Part shown: one piece after another, positions 1 to 15,000 of the stretch | How the letters are laid out: each line of letters opens with the position of its first letter | How positions within the stretch are numbered: position 1 is the first letter of the stretch | NCBI GenBank assembly: GCA_964019335.1 | Contig: OZ025657.1 | Location: 767,852-831,851 of the forward strand | DNA from: Diplonema japonicum | Taxonomy: Eukaryota > Protista > Euglenozoa: Diplonemea | DNA length: 64,000 nucleotides | Reading direction: 5' to 3' | Made by a program: the position numbers and the translations under genes | Notes under the pieces: model-generated | Seen by the model: the letters and a program-made list of their open reading frames with translations, nothing else | What the model was told of the DNA's origin: nothing | The model's database searches: none

Positions 1-2
1 AC

Positions 3-3000
3 TGCGACCTGACAGGTGTATTGTCGCACCAGTGGGACGCTGTGAAGTGTATGAGTACCGCAATGACAGAAAGCGCTTGTGAATCACGATGTACAAGTGC
101 GGGTGCTGTGTCTGGATCCAGCCCATGCATCGGTTATCAGTACTCCGCTCTGTCGAAGGAGGAGAAAGGCAGGAGTTTAGAGAGAGAGTTGACGGTGAAC
201 GCGCAGCGCATCGGTTGTACGAACCCTGGAGTGAACTGGGATACGACAGTGCTGAGCACAGTGTCCCAAGCGACAAGGATAGCGCTGCTGTTCGAGGCGT
301 GCAAGGCGGTGCGAGACAACAGCGGAGCGACAGCACAACAGACGGAAATGTGTTGTGGGAAAGATGCTTCAGGGGCACCGCTCCCGTGCACAGTGACACA
401 ATGTCAACCGCTGACACAGTGGGCGAAGACGTCATGCCCGGCAACACACCCCTTCGCCTATGTTGACGGGTCAACGGGAGATCACCAGTGCTGCTCTGAT
501 TCAACGTTGACAGGCACAAACGTGCAGGGGAGGAGCTGCACGCCTGGAAACTCCGTGAAATGCCCTGCCCTGCAAGCAGAAGACGCAGGGGGTAGCTACA
601 CAGTGAGCGTGACCTCAGCGATCCCGGGGAAGGCCGCAATCACAGCTATCTTCTGGGGAACGAAGGGAAGGGTTCCAGGAACTCACTGGGTGGCTCTCGC
701 AAGCGCCTCGGCGTCGGACTGTCCCACTGAACAAGCATGGGTACTAAGTGATCCACAGGGAGACGGGGATATCGTGGCTTGGCTGGCGTGCACGGTATCC
801 GGTGGGGCAGCCGATCAGGTGCAAGTAACTGGGCAGCAGTTCCGTTCGCAGTCTGTGCGTCCAGAGAGGATGTTCTTGGGGTGCTACGCGAGCGGGTCCT
901 CAGTGGCGTGGACGAGCCCAGTGATCCGTGCGACAGTTGATGCATGTGCTGAGTCATGCCTCGGGTTCGACTTCTGGTCCATGGGGTGTGCAAAGGCTGC
1001 AGGAACGTTTGAGTGCCGTTGTGGATCAGGGTCACTTTCAAACCCCCTGGAGCCGTACCTGTGCTGGGGGGGGAACTCCTCCGCAACATGCGACGGAGGC
1101 ACAGAGCAAGGGTCGCACGGAGACGTTACCTACGGGACAGGGGGAGACGCGACGATCGCAGTGTACGGAGCAAACACAAACACCACCCTCCAGGGACAGG
1201 TTCCGTGCACAGACTTCTACTCCTTCGATGAGAGGCGCTGCGAGTTGTTCATGGAGGGGCGAGACGTGGCGGATCAGATCCTGTATGCATCTGGCTACGA
1301 GGACTTCCAGCGCGGGCAGCGCGGGAATGACAACGGGCTGACGAATCAGTTGCTCACGGCAACAGCTGCAGTTGCGGGGTCCGGAACCACAATCTGTAAG
1401 AAAAGGGGTGCTACTTACAGGATGGGGAAGAAAGGTGATTACAGTATGCAGGTGTTTGGGCCTGTGCAGACACAAGCGGAGCTAAAATCGCCATGGCTGT
1501 TCCTCTCGAGCCTCTGGACATGTGCACCATTCAACGTAGCCCCAGTAAACCGCACAGCCGCGCAGCAGTGGAGTGGTAACGTGGAGGTTGGGCAGTGGTA
1601 CGTTGCGAAGGTGAACGCTCTGGAGAAGCGCTCGTCGTGGCCGTCTGCACCCCCGATGTTCACGGTGATTCAGAGGTACTCGGGGATGAACGGTGCCATC
1701 GCTCCGACGGACGCTCTGCTCGGATGCGGGGCGTCGTCTCCCGACGATGGTGAGGACTCGGATGCGGAGTGCACACCTGGGAAACCGTGCAACCCTACAT
1801 GCGGTGTGGTAGAGTTCAACGGAGCACTCCTGGAAGGTGAAGCAGGCCAGTGCTCGAGTCAAACGCTGCAGCTCTCAGCTACGTCACCAACGATCGCAGA
1901 ACCCGGGGTGTGCAGAGTTGCCATGGGATGCGTTGAGTTCCAGCTCACGGTACCTGCGGAGATCACCTCAGGAGATATTGTCCCTGCTGGGGCAGTTTTC
2001 TTTAAAGTAGTGTCGTCGGGGATCCCAAGTGGCTCAGGGACAGACCCATTGGACCAGATGACGACGCAAGGGGAGGAGGTGGAGTGGATGTTAACGGTAA
2101 GGGACTGCAACGGGATGGTGGTGAGAATCTGGTCCTCATCATCAGGTTCTGGTTCGGGGGCCCTCACGGGCACGTTGATGCCTGTGTGGAGCTCGAATGG
2201 GCTGTCATCACAACCCGAGTGGGCACCGAAGGGGTACCTTGGTGTATGTGATGAGTTGCAGTTCACGCTCTCGTCGCCGTCGCACCCTGTGAAGACGGTG
2301 CGTGCCCGCACAACTGTGATCCCAGCGAACCCTCACGAAGTGTCGATCGTACAGAACATCCCTGCATGCTTTGAGGCGTGCGATCCGGCGGTGGTGTTCG
2401 GCTGCTCGCGCCTCACCTGGTCGGTAGAGCTTCTCACGCAGGCGGGGACACGGGCGACGACAGCCGCCGGAGACAACGTACGCTGCATGGCATCCGTAGC
2501 GAGGCAGGACCCTGGTACTGGTGTGTGGAGTCCATCGCAGTTTGCTGTCGGGGCATCGATCGAAGCGACAACCACGAACGGATTTGCTTCATTCGAAGCT
2601 GCGTACACTGTACCAGGAAACATCAAGATCACAACTGTGTGTGAATGCTCGACATGTGCGATGGACGGGCGGTCAGTAGTGCTGGCTGGGGGAGCAGCAG
2701 GATCGACTGAAGTGCTTCCTGCGGCCCCATCTCAGCTTGCATGCACGCGGAGCCCGGATGCAGAAGCCGGTGTACTGGCAACAGCACCATTTCCAGTAGC
2801 AGTTGCTGTTCGCGATGCTTACGGAAACTCTGTCGGAGAACGAGTGGAAGGAATGAACCTCATGGTGACGGCATCAGGCCCTTCTGGTATACTTTCTGGG
2901 ACCGCTCGTTCTTATGCAGGGAGCTCGGGCGAGGCGCTGTGGCATGGATTGAGTTACAACAAAGCGGTGTCAATCTCGCTTCGCGTATCTGTGATGCGCC

Positions 3001-6000
3001 CTTTCCTCGGGGGGTCAAACGAGTGGAAATATGACGGGTGCTTCAACGATATGGATACAAACCCTCTCATCGGAGGGGCCTCGTGCGATAAGAGAGTGGT
3101 GCTCCCTGGGATGACACCGGAGATCTGTGCGAAGGAGTGCAGCATGTACCCCACCATGGCGATGACGTCCGCGAACCCGGGGGCTCCTGCCACGATTTGC
3201 ATGTGCTCGCGAGCGAAAACCCTCGTAGCATCGTATGGACGTGCGTCGCGATCGTACTGCGCGAACCCAGGGTGCGCAGGAGACACAAGCAAGCCATGCG
3301 GGGCAAAAGTGAACACCGATGGACGCTACGTTGCGGTGTACTACAGGGACACTCTGTACCCGCATCCGATCCCCCCCGTGCAGTGTCCAGGGTTCGATGT
3401 GCACCCAAATCGCCCTCACTCACTGCGCCTGGTAGGGCAACCTTGCTCAGACAGCGGGGAAGAAACCTATGAAGGGAGGTGCGGTCAATCGGACATGCCC
3501 GGGGCGTGCAAACAGGCGGCAGTTGGTCAGTCTCTAATTTTCAATGTAGATGTGCTAGACGCAGGAGGCAACCTTGCGGACACAGCAGGGCAGTACCAGC
3601 ACCTTGCAGCGAGTGACGGCAAGTGCCACTCCGTAGTGAGTGTGACTGAGGGCACAAAGGGCGGACTCACACCGACAGAGACGGCATGCAACGCAGCAAA
3701 CCCTCGGGATCCTCGCGTATCGCTGACGATTGCAGCAGCCGGAGACCCTGGGAGCTTCTCAAATGGGGGTCCGCGTTCCTACCGCTCGCTTGGATCTCAC
3801 CTGAGGTTTGTGGCAGCGTATACCAAGGCAGACTGCTTGGTAGTGAAAGCTGTGGCGGATGGGCTGCTGAGCACGAAAGTGTCGAACGAGTTGTGCTTCC
3901 ACGCAGGGCCCGTGACTACGATCGAGGTGACCGGAACACCAACAGAAGTGGCAGCGTTCGCACCGTTCCCCCCTTCACGGGCGACAGTGACAGACGCACT
4001 CGGGAACGTGGTGCGCTGGAGTAACGAAAGGGTACACATTTCGCCTCATGACGACGGGACGGAAGCCGGGGCGGACTCAGAGTGCTTGGATGCCGGACTT
4101 ACTCGATCGCTAAACAGTTTAAGCCTTCCAGGGAGAGTTGCACCCGACGGGTCGCAGTCGACAGAACCGTACCAGCCAACCGCTTTCCTCACAGCAGGGG
4201 AAACTACCTTTGGAGGGTTCACTTACCACGCACTGGAGGACGGGTTTTCGACGGAGTGCTTCCGTCTCATGGTGAGGTTGAAGAGGGACTCAGCGGTACC
4301 ACAAGTATACGGATGCTCACCTAGCGACTCGCTAGATCTGATCTCGAAGCTCTCTATCACTGAAGATGAATACAGCACGGTCGAAGGGTTGTCTGATAGG
4401 ATTGTGATCACAGGACCCAAGCTGGTACTACTGCAGCCGCAGTCAAACCCGCTAAAGGTGCGAGCTGGAGAGTTCTTCAACGTGCGGGTGTCAGTGACAC
4501 TTGGAGACGGGCGAAAATGTTGGGAAGGAGGAGTCGTGTGTGACATCAACTTCTCAGTGCGACTGGAGCAACTGAGCGGCCCAAGCAGAGTGTGCCAGAA
4601 GTGCAACAAGGACGTGGCAGCGAGCAGCGGTGACGTTGCTTCAATCAACTACTTAGACCGTAAAGTAGCGGGGACATACACTTATGCAATCTGGGCAAAG
4701 GCGGCAAGTGGGGGGAGCTTTGCCCCGATCTACCTCACGGTGATCGTGGTGCCAGACCAGCCGTACGCGCTGGAGTTCCTGTCCTGTCCAAAGAACAGCT
4801 TTCAGATGGAGACGCATATCGCAGGGAAGACCTTCGAGAGGAAGGTACAGGTGCAAGACAAGTATCGAAACCCGACAACTGGGTGGGAAAACCCAATTGT
4901 GCTCGCTGCAGAGTACCGCAGGGGGTCACTGAAGCTGCGGGAGTGGCAGTCGGCACCACCGACGGCAACAGCAACAACGTCTCCGACCGCGCTTTTCCAG
5001 GTTTCCATCACGCAGGCGCTGTTGGGAGACATGTATACAGTCGTTGCAACGTCGAGAGGGCTGTATACCCCGAAAGCAATCCAGCAGAGCGGGTCGCAGA
5101 TTGCACAGCTGGGTGGAAACACTGGGTCATCAGCGGTAGCTGCACCAGCGCCGAAACAGCTGGAACTCGCGCTCGCGCTGTGCCCGTACATCGCGGTGAA
5201 GCCAGACCGACCGGTGAAATGCAGGGCACGCATCGATGTTGGTAGCAAGGACCGCTCGATGCTGAAGGCAGGGTCAGACTTCATTGTGAAGGTGCAGTTT
5301 TTTGACCAGTATGACAATCTTATAACGCAGCAGCTGTCGCAGGCGGGGAGGGAGGCAACAGTTTCGCTACACGCACCTCCTAGCGGTGTGCAACCTAAGG
5401 GAAGGCTGCAAGGAATAACGAGGAGAGTCGTGACAGGGGCACAACTGGTGTTCCCGGGACTGTCTTACGAGAAGGCACCGGACACGATCACAGTTGCAGT
5501 TGCGGTTCCTGGAGTAGAAGAGATCGCTGCGTGCATGACCGAGCCCCTGCGCATCATCCCTGACGACCCAAGTGAGCTGAAGATTGTGGAAATCAAGGAG
5601 AAGACCGGGGGGAACGTAGCCAAACCAGCACTCGCAGCAATTGTTGGGCCCTCTGGTGGGGTAAGCGGCTCTCCGCTCTTTGCAGGGGAAAAGTTCTGCG
5701 TGGGGGTCGAGGTGCGTGATCGCTTTGGAAATGTGGTAGACGAAACGGACCCTGAGGTGAGGAAGCGCTACAGGGCAGCGACTTCGCAGGGACCTACGGG
5801 GATGATCCCGCCGTTTGTGCCGCGCCCTTTCGGCGGACTTGGGGGACCACCGGGATCCTTCAGTCCGGGAGTGGTCGAGCCGACCCCACCTGGAATACCG
5901 TCGCCTCCCGGCCTCAGTCTGCTGCAACTGTTGGGTGGGGGTCCACCTCCGAACCTTGTGCCGCCAGGTGGGCCTCCTGGGATTGGTGGTATCAGACCAC

Positions 6001-9000
6001 CACTTCCGCTTGGAGGAAGTGGCCCCCCGACGCCGCAACTGGTGCCGTCGAAACCCGCTATGCGTATAGTGAGACTGACGAGGAAGCAGTGCACACCAGA
6101 CGCTTGCAAGAGCGGGTCTGAAACGCTTAAGGGAACGACGAGCCTGTCGAGGCGGGACGGGAGATACAAGTTCTGTGAGATGTGGTACGAGCACTCTGAG
6201 TGTATCATTGTGAAAGCGTCGTCAGAAGGGCTGCGTCCGGACACAACACAAAAGATCTGTGTAGACCATGCAATCTGGGCCTCGCTGCAGTGCGATTCAG
6301 AAGTGAGAAGGGTACCGCAGTACCGTCCGATGGGCCAGTTCCTGGGTACGCTGAGGGACAGATATGGGAACTTAGTGACGAACTGCGCACGTGACTTTGC
6401 CGGGGGGTGCTCAATAAAAATACAAGAGATGGAGGAGGGTGACGGGTACACCCCGGGTGGCGCACTGACAAACCCCGGACTGCCATCGGGCCAGCTTGTT
6501 GCAACAACAACACCTCAGGGGAACCTCGAGGCGACAGCAGCGTCCGGAAGTCCATATGTCACTTTCAATAACCTCTACTACACAAGAGGACGTCCTCAGT
6601 CAGACCCACTCCGTCTAGAGCTAGCAGGGTCAGCCTCTGTGAGGGCAGCTTGTAGCGGTCCGGAAGCTTACCCGATTGTAGTTGTGGGACTGCGCATCTT
6701 GTGCGTTGACTCACCTGCGGAGGTGACAGCGGGAGAGGAGTTCATGGTGTCAGGAGAGGTAAGCTATTGGAATGCGACAACGGACTCATTTAAAAAGGTG
6801 ACATGTCCCGGAAACAGACAATGCGAAACGAAATCGTTCCTCTCGGCAACGGGATCATCGAGCCCAAAAGAAGAGCAGCGCTTCAACCTGCGCAACGGGG
6901 CGAGCGGTGTGCCAACGGCAGTTCCGGGCTGCTCTGCGTTCGGAACGGAGGCAACGTGCACGGCATCAGGCTTCCCTGAGTGCAGCTGGGCGACGCGCAT
7001 GAAGTACCCGTTTGACATGAACACGGGAGCGGCATGTCAAAGCTCAAGTTTGACAGGTGTGATGGCATCGGCTGGTGAAGTGGAATTCCTGAACTTGCGC
7101 TTCCACCGCACAGGGACTGTGACGCCTGTTATCACACCGCGCTCACCGACGGTGAGCACGCAAGCGTGGATCGCAGGGCTGCCAGTCCCTACTTCAGACG
7201 AAGAGGATGAAGCTCCGCCAGGAGAGTGCCCACCGCTGAAAGTGGTGGCTGATACGGCCTATGAGCTCTGCATGGGATCGACGATTGGGGTAGGGAATGC
7301 TCCAGCTCCCGCGGCAGGAACAGGGTTGCTGCTCGCAGTAGGGTTCCAGAGTGCTCCGTTCTCCATTGTACAAGGGCTTCTGTCGAGGCAACTGTGTTCT
7401 GCGGAGTGTAAGACGCGCGTGAGGTGCAGGCGATGGACGTACACTCAAGACGAAAATTGCGAACTCAGGGATGCAACATCTGATACTGCAACGGTGGCAC
7501 CAGGAGCGGTTAGCGGCTGCAGTGTTAACTACGTGGCAGATGCAGTGTGTGCAAGCGCAGTCCCCGCTGGTGGGTGTGAGAAATGCGTTGCGAACCCAGT
7601 TGGGTCGTGCGGAACTTGCCCTCCGTCAACGGTGCTGGCAGGGCAGCCACTCACTTTCGCAGCACGCGTGCACGATATGTTTGGGAACCTCCTGGACGAG
7701 CGACACACAAAGAAGGTTGAAGTAACGTGTCGCGCAACGTCAGGGCCGAGGCGCAACCCCATGTACGAGGCGCGGCTGTATCCATGGGGCACAATGAAGT
7801 TGCTCTCAGCACAGTTCGAGGATGGGACCCTTGGGATTGCTTCAACTGTGACACCAAAGATCAAGGTAACGGGGACCTACGGAATTACTTGTTGGGCAGA
7901 TGTGTGGGAAACAGATGGGACGATCCGCTCCGGGTTGCCTGCAGAGACAAACCCTGAAGAGGAAGGTGGAGTGGTGTGGACACCCGTTCTGAACAGGCAG
8001 TCGTACGATGTGGGGGAGAGCACCTTTGATCGTCTCTTGGAGTCAGCCCCGAACAACATTCTGAAGAGGGCATGCCCAGGGTGCCCTGGGCGCTTGCATC
8101 GTGAGATCTACATGCGCCGCTACACGGCACCCGCGGAGGGGACTACCTCCGTCTACGAGATGGTGAAGAGCCGCTGGACCGGGGGTGCAGACCCAGTCCC
8201 CAGAAATGTACTTGGGGTAGACTTCAAGCTCTACTCCACCTACGAGGACGCCCTAGCGGGGACAAACGATTGGACCTACTGCACGTCGGGGGAAGAGGCG
8301 ATTTGCCAGGCTTTCAGCGGGAGCGAGACTGCGTGCAACGGTGCGCGCTTCTGCTCGTACAACACAACGACAACGGAATGCAGTTCTATCGAAGTAGGGT
8401 TCCCCGGGTGGTGTGACGTGTTCCAGTCGGACAATGACGGGAACTGGAATTCATGGGAGTCGGAGGCTTCCGATGCCACGGTTGCAGGGGATGTGACTTT
8501 CTACATAGAGACGGCACCCGGGTGCTCCGAGGTAGACGGGAAACCGCTGGGAACAAGAAGGGAAACCGTGGGTCCCGCAGGCTCGCTCATGGAGTGTGTC
8601 GCGATGGTGAAGCAAATGTACCACGGGTTAAGCCAAGAGGAAGCGGCTGGGGCGTCGTGGGTAGACAACAAATGCTTTGCAGAGTTCATTGTGTCGTCAG
8701 GCTCGAGGACGGCAGGGTGGGCCACGGATACGGCAACCCCGTCGGCATGGAGGTCGTGCCAGTTCATCCAGGTGGAAGAGGCAACGTACTACCCAGGGAC
8801 AGGAAACTGCCATTGTGAAGACGAGCGCTTGCAGACAAGGTTAAGGTGCCCGTGCTTTGCACCGCCGCCCAGCGACCCGAGGCTGCGCAAAGAATGCGGA
8901 GTGGAAGTGCTGCCGGCAGCAGCGGACCACCTAGAGTGCTTGGTGCGCTCGCCCGACGTATTCGCAGGAGAAGATATGTCTGTCGTGGTGTCGGTGAGGG

Positions 9001-12000
9001 ACCGCTTCTCGAATAGGAAGACTGGTCTCTTCGGAAACTCAGTGTGGGTCACCACAGAGGGGCCAGCGGAGAATGGTGGTTTAGTGCCGATTATGCCGAA
9101 TGCACCTTTGGAAGCCGGTGTTGCGGACATTACACTGCAGTACCACACTGCCGGAACCGTGACTATCCGGGTGGCAACAGACTTGACAGGTTTGGCAGGG
9201 AGGCCGTTTTCTTGCCCCGCAAAAGTGTTAAACATCGGGATATGTCCGCCGTGGAAGGTGTCGTGTGGGGGCATCCGTCCGCTGTGCTGCGCAGAAAAGC
9301 GACCTTGCCCTGGTGCGAACATGATGGCTACTTGTCCCGGAGACATGACACGCCTTGCGTTCCTATCGGAGCCGAAAGAAGTGCCTTGCGAAGATGATGG
9401 ACACATCACGTCGGAGAGGCGCTTCCCAACGATCAAAATCGGAGTGTTTGACGGCCACAACAACCTGAAGAAGCTGACGGCAGTGAATGTGACGCTGGCA
9501 GTCGCAACTGACGGGCCTGAGGGTGTTCTCCCGACAGGAAAACTGAGTGGGACACTTTCAAAGCTGACAGTGGGTGGTGTCGCAACTTTCGACGACATTT
9601 CATATGATGTAGCAGAGGTGATCCGATTGAAGGCCGGAGCGATCGAGAAGGATGCGGTGGTGTCAGGAGCCACACTGCGTCTGCAGATGAGGTCCGCGAA
9701 CATCGTGCGAGTGTGTCCTGGTGATATTTGCCGCCTTGTAGTGGAGCAGGCCCCCGCAACGTGCACGTTTGATGTTGTCAGCGCAGACCCCGTCGTAGTG
9801 AGGGCAGAGGACCGCGCAGGAAATTCCCTCCTTCCTTTCCAAACAGAGGACTGTCAGATCACCCTGTCGGTTGCTAGGTCAAACAAGGTCACGCAGTCGT
9901 CTCAGGTGAACGACCCATCGAGCATCCAGGACGACCCGCTTCAATGGCAGCGCCTAGCAGATGCTGTACCCACGGCGCAAAATGACGAACAGTTACTCCA
10001 AGAAGAGCTTTTAGAGAGGGCTCTGTACATGCACTCCGTTTCTCGCGAATCGGACGAGTCATTCGTGGTGTACGGGGGTGCTACGGTGCTTCCTGGCCTG
10101 GGGAAGACAGTAACGACAGAAGTGCTCGCAGCAAGGCCATCGTTCCTCCCGAACGGTGCACCCAGTCTGCGTGGGACTGCGTGGAGATTCAACATGCGCG
10201 AGCGGAAGTGGATGAAACTATGGAGCCCACCAACGGATTCGAGCGGCGCAGGCACGGAATACCCTGCAGCGAGGTTCGCACATGTTTCCGTGGCAGTGAG
10301 CTCAAGCACTGGGTCCAGGGAAACCTATTTGTTTGTATTCGGGGGAAGGACTGAGTCGGCTACATGCTGCAGCAACGAGCTCTGGAGGTTCGGCCCTCTC
10401 TACAACGGGAGCAGCGAGATGCTGTCCGACTCGCCGATGTGGGAGAAGCTGGACGTGTCTGGAGGGCCAGTTGGAGCAATCCATATGGCCCACTCCACGG
10501 GGGTTGCGCATGGGCAGAAGTTGTACGTATTCAGCGGGATTGGTGGGGACAACACAGTTGACATGGCGAACGCGCCGGTCGCAGGCGGTGGTCTCGGGAG
10601 CAACCAGCTATTCTCAGTAGACCTGCAAGCAGCGCTCGGGACGAGCGTGGCGGGGGTAAAGCTTAACTGGCAGAGAGTGAAGCTTTCGACATCGTCGCCT
10701 CTTCCGCGTGGTCGTGTACAGGCCTCATCGGTCCTCCACGAAGGGAAATGGTACGTGGTGGGCGGGGCGTTCTGGCCTAGCTCAACATCGAGGGCAACAC
10801 CGACTGGTGAGGTGTGGTCGCTCGACCTGGAGGAGATTACGTCGTCCGGAATTGGGATGTGGAGACTGGAGAACGGAGTCGGGCCTGCGATGGCAGGCGG
10901 GGCAGTCGCGCTTGATCCTCTCCGTGGTCAGATCCTGGTCTTCGGGGGCTCAAGCTCAGTGACCGGCCAGTTTGGGGCAAAGGTAGCAGCGAAGTCGTCG
11001 GCGGATGTGCAACGCTTCGATCTGGAGAAGCAACGCTGGTTGACAGCACCTGACAACGGACTAACAGTTGGGATGGCGGGGTGCACATCACGCGCAGGAC
11101 TTGTGTGGAGTGGTTGGAATGTAACGACAACCGGCGAGTCGGACGATGGCACACCAAACTTCCTGACCCGGTGCGGCATGAAGGATGAAACGGGCTGCAA
11201 GGTAGGAGCAGCAACATGCTCAGCGCAGTCCACTCAGGTGGCATGCCTAGCTGCGGCAAATGCCACAGATGGGTGGCTGTGCGGCTGGGACGCGATGCTG
11301 GAAACGTGCGTTGAGGGGTGCGTTTGGAAAGTAGGTGGAGACACGGACACAGGCGTGGTCCCTGCAAAGCGCACCTTTGCAGCTCAGGCTACCGGTCAAG
11401 TGTACATGGATCCTGCTGATGGACAGACCAAAGTCTACTTCTTCGGTGGAGCAGCTGCCCCCTCACCTGAGTCGTCGATTCTGTGCCGAGACTACACGGT
11501 GACGAACATCCGAACAAACACCGAGGTGGCGATCTACTGTGCTGGAGACTCGGAAGTGTGGACGCTTGGTCCGCTGGCACGTGCGAACAGCGACCCTTAC
11601 AAGAGACACGCTTGGGATACGTTGCCGTTTGGCCAAGCCTGCAAAGACCCGGATGCAATGGCAACCGGAAGCAACTGCGGAAAGGTCGGTTGGAGATCCA
11701 GAAGGAAATGCGAACGAACGACGGCTGCGGATGGAATCGCTGTATGTGTGTGGACGGGTCAGACCGGGTTCGCCGAGGAGCAGTGTGATGCCGTAGACGG
11801 GGCTGGGTGTGCAACTCTCAGTGGGGCAAGGTCGAGGATCGAAGACTCGACGGCAGAGTTTGACCAGGTGGCGGTGAGTTCTGTACGAGCCCTCCCTGGG
11901 GATTACCAGTACTGTGCTGGAAAGGACGCTGCCAACACAGACAAGTGCGACGCGCTGGCAACGGAGGCGCAATGCATCGCTGACGCTGACTGCCACTGGC

Positions 12001-15000
12001 AGGTGAGTTCGTTAACGAGGCAAATGGCAGTGCAGCTGCAAGCGACAGTGAAGTGCTCGAGGCCTCGCCCTCGAAGCCCATGCCCGACTGTGCAGCCCGT
12101 GTTGCTTCCGCTGGTTAGGTGTGCAAGGTGCCAACTTACAGTGATGCCTGGAGCGACTCCGCGGACAGGTCCAAGGTCTGCTCTTGCAGGGAAGCATTTC
12201 ATCGGAGGCACCGGCAACGATGCATCACCATTTGGTAACTTACACGGAACTGGTCCGGTCGAGGTGGGGGTGACCGGTCCGCTTGGAAGGAAACTGAATG
12301 CGGACGACTTGACGGAGGTCATTGGGGGCACAGGGATCAGGTTGAGGATGGTGCGATTCTCGCCACCGACTGCATCTGTATCGGCAGATCCGCTGCCACC
12401 CCTGGACGTGGTTGACGACAGTGTGACTCTCGGGGACGGTGTTACGAAGGTGCCTGGAGCAATCTTCAACTCGGTGAACTGGAGCATTAGCAATGCGCCG
12501 TCAGCTGCGTGGATCCTCGCAGAACACGACAATGGGGTGTGCCAGGACAGTCAACCGTGGCCGTTGAATGTGGTTCCTGACGAAGCGTGCGACTGGATAA
12601 TCTCACAGAGAAGGACAGTGAGGGCGGGAGAAGCATTTTCTGTGAACGTACTGCTGCAGGACACTCTTGGAAACATTGCCTACTGTGGCGTGCAACAGGA
12701 TGCATGGAGGAAGCCGGTGAAAGGCGGGCGCGTTCTAAGGTCGTCTTCGCTGGTCCCAGACTGGGAAGGGTGCAAAAAGCTCTGTGATGACAACGCTAGG
12801 TGCATAATGTGGAACTACGCGGCAGATGACGTAGAGGTGTCCGTTGCAGCAGGGAAAGAGCTTGTACCCGCAAAGACATGCAAGCTATACCGCGGGGTCG
12901 GGAAGATCGAGCTGAACGGATGGATGCGCGTCGAAGGAGCGGTGACTGGTGTCCCCGGAACTATCCCGTGCCCGGAGGGGGCTTACCTGAAGATGGAAGC
13001 AGCAGCTTCATCGTCGATAAAAACAGGAGAAGTGACGCCACCACAGGGCCAGCTCTTCTCGGAGAAGCATGGGCTAGGGGAGTCTGTGTGTTACTTGTCA
13101 GAAACCTTGGAGGGGCTGGAGGCAAATACCAAGGAACAGTGCCTGCAGTGCTGCCGAAAGAATGGGCAGCCGTACCTCGTGGAACACTGGAACCCAGCGG
13201 ACGAGACGTACGTGTGCGGGTGCTCAGGGGCAGGTACAAGTGGAGACTGGACAGAAGCAACAAAGTGCTTCGGCGAAGCAGCTGAGGGACTTGGACGCTA
13301 CATCACCGTGTCAGAAGTAATCAAAGAATTCCGAGAGAAGATAGACAACCACGCACTAACTTACGACACGTTGTGGCACAACCGAGCCGAGTCAATAGTA
13401 CTGCTGTTCGAACACACTGTGAGAATTGACTGTCCTGTGCGTTTCTCGCAGGAGATCGTGGTTACGCCGGGAGATCCGCACCACCTGAACCGTGTGGAGG
13501 CTCCAACAAAAGTGTACGCTAGCCTTTGCGGGCCCGACGAGGCATTTGAAATATCATTTGAGATCGTGGACTTCTGGAACAACCGCGTGAAGGTTGGCCA
13601 CAACATGGTGCTCCAGCTGCACGAAGGAACGGGCTACCTGGATGGCGAGGTGGTACAGTCCGTTGCGGGGCTAGTGAAGTTCACAGTAGAGTACTCTGTG
13701 GCAGAGAGCATTGTGCTGCAAGCGGTAGATCTGGATATCTCAGGGGGTGGGGAGGAAGAAGAAGAACAGGAAGAAGCGGCGGAGGCGCTGGAGCTCAGTG
13801 CAAATGCACCGAAGTGTTTGGAGAATTGCTATGGAAACAGCTGCAAGAATCCAACCCCAAGCAGGTGCTGCAAACTAAGCGCACGGATTGAAGTGCTCTC
13901 CGGGCCAGCCTCGAAATTGGTGACGACAAAGCAGCCGCCACCTAAAGCCAGGAGTTACGCAGGCGGTGAATGCTCTTCGTTCTGGTATGAAGTGGAGCTG
14001 CAGGACATGTGCGGGAACCCGGTGACGGCAAAGACAAGCGGAAAATACGCACCAGCCTACGCAGATGCTGAGCTGGAGATCTCGGTCGGAACGCAGAATC
14101 CAGAGCTGTACGACGTGGAGGAGGGAGAGGGACCACGTGACGTGCACGGCATATTGAGTGATCTCGTTCTTAGGGATGGTAAAGCAAAGATCGAGGCGAC
14201 GCACTCGCGTGCAGATTGCGGGGTCTCGATGACGGTGTCCGTGGGTGGTGCCGCAGGGGCAACTATTCAGCCTGCTATGCCAAACGAGGTGTGTGTAAGA
14301 CACTGCGTACCAGACCGTCTGCGCATCGTGGAGCCAGCATCGTGCCACGATACGACACTTGAAGCGCTGGCAGTGACTGGGGCAGCTTACACCATGTCGC
14401 CTATCGAGGTGGTGGTGTTGGATGGTGATGACAACTTGTGTGACACAGAGAACCCCATACTAAGTCGCAGGATCGGATGTTACAAGGACCAAGCTGGGAC
14501 GGCGATGCCGAACCCCATGCTGATCCCAGAGGCGGACTTCTCGATTGAGGCGTGCATGAAGGCATGCTCGAGTGGCGGCTTTGACCACTTTGGTTTGCAA
14601 CAGGGGAGCCTTTGCTACTGCGGGAGCGGTACCGAGTACGCAAAGTATGGAGAAAACGAGGAAACTGATTGTGGGACACCGTGTTCAGGTGGGATGGACC
14701 ACAACTGCGGGGGAGAGAACGCAAACGCGGTGTACCAGATCATGACTTCATACGCTGTAGTGCAACTGAACGCCCGTGATTACCGTCTGTACGGTGGTGG
14801 GGTACTGGACCCACGTGCAACAGAAGACTCGACGGCAGGGAACGGTGGCGAGCTCGTTGGGGAGCTTACATCGCCGACAGTGGCAGGAGAGGCGGTTCTG
14901 GATAACGCAGTGTGGGTTCCGGATGCTGGAGCGACGAGGCGCGCATGCAAGCAGAACCCGCTTGGAAACGAGAACTGCACAGGTCAGATCACGATTCAGG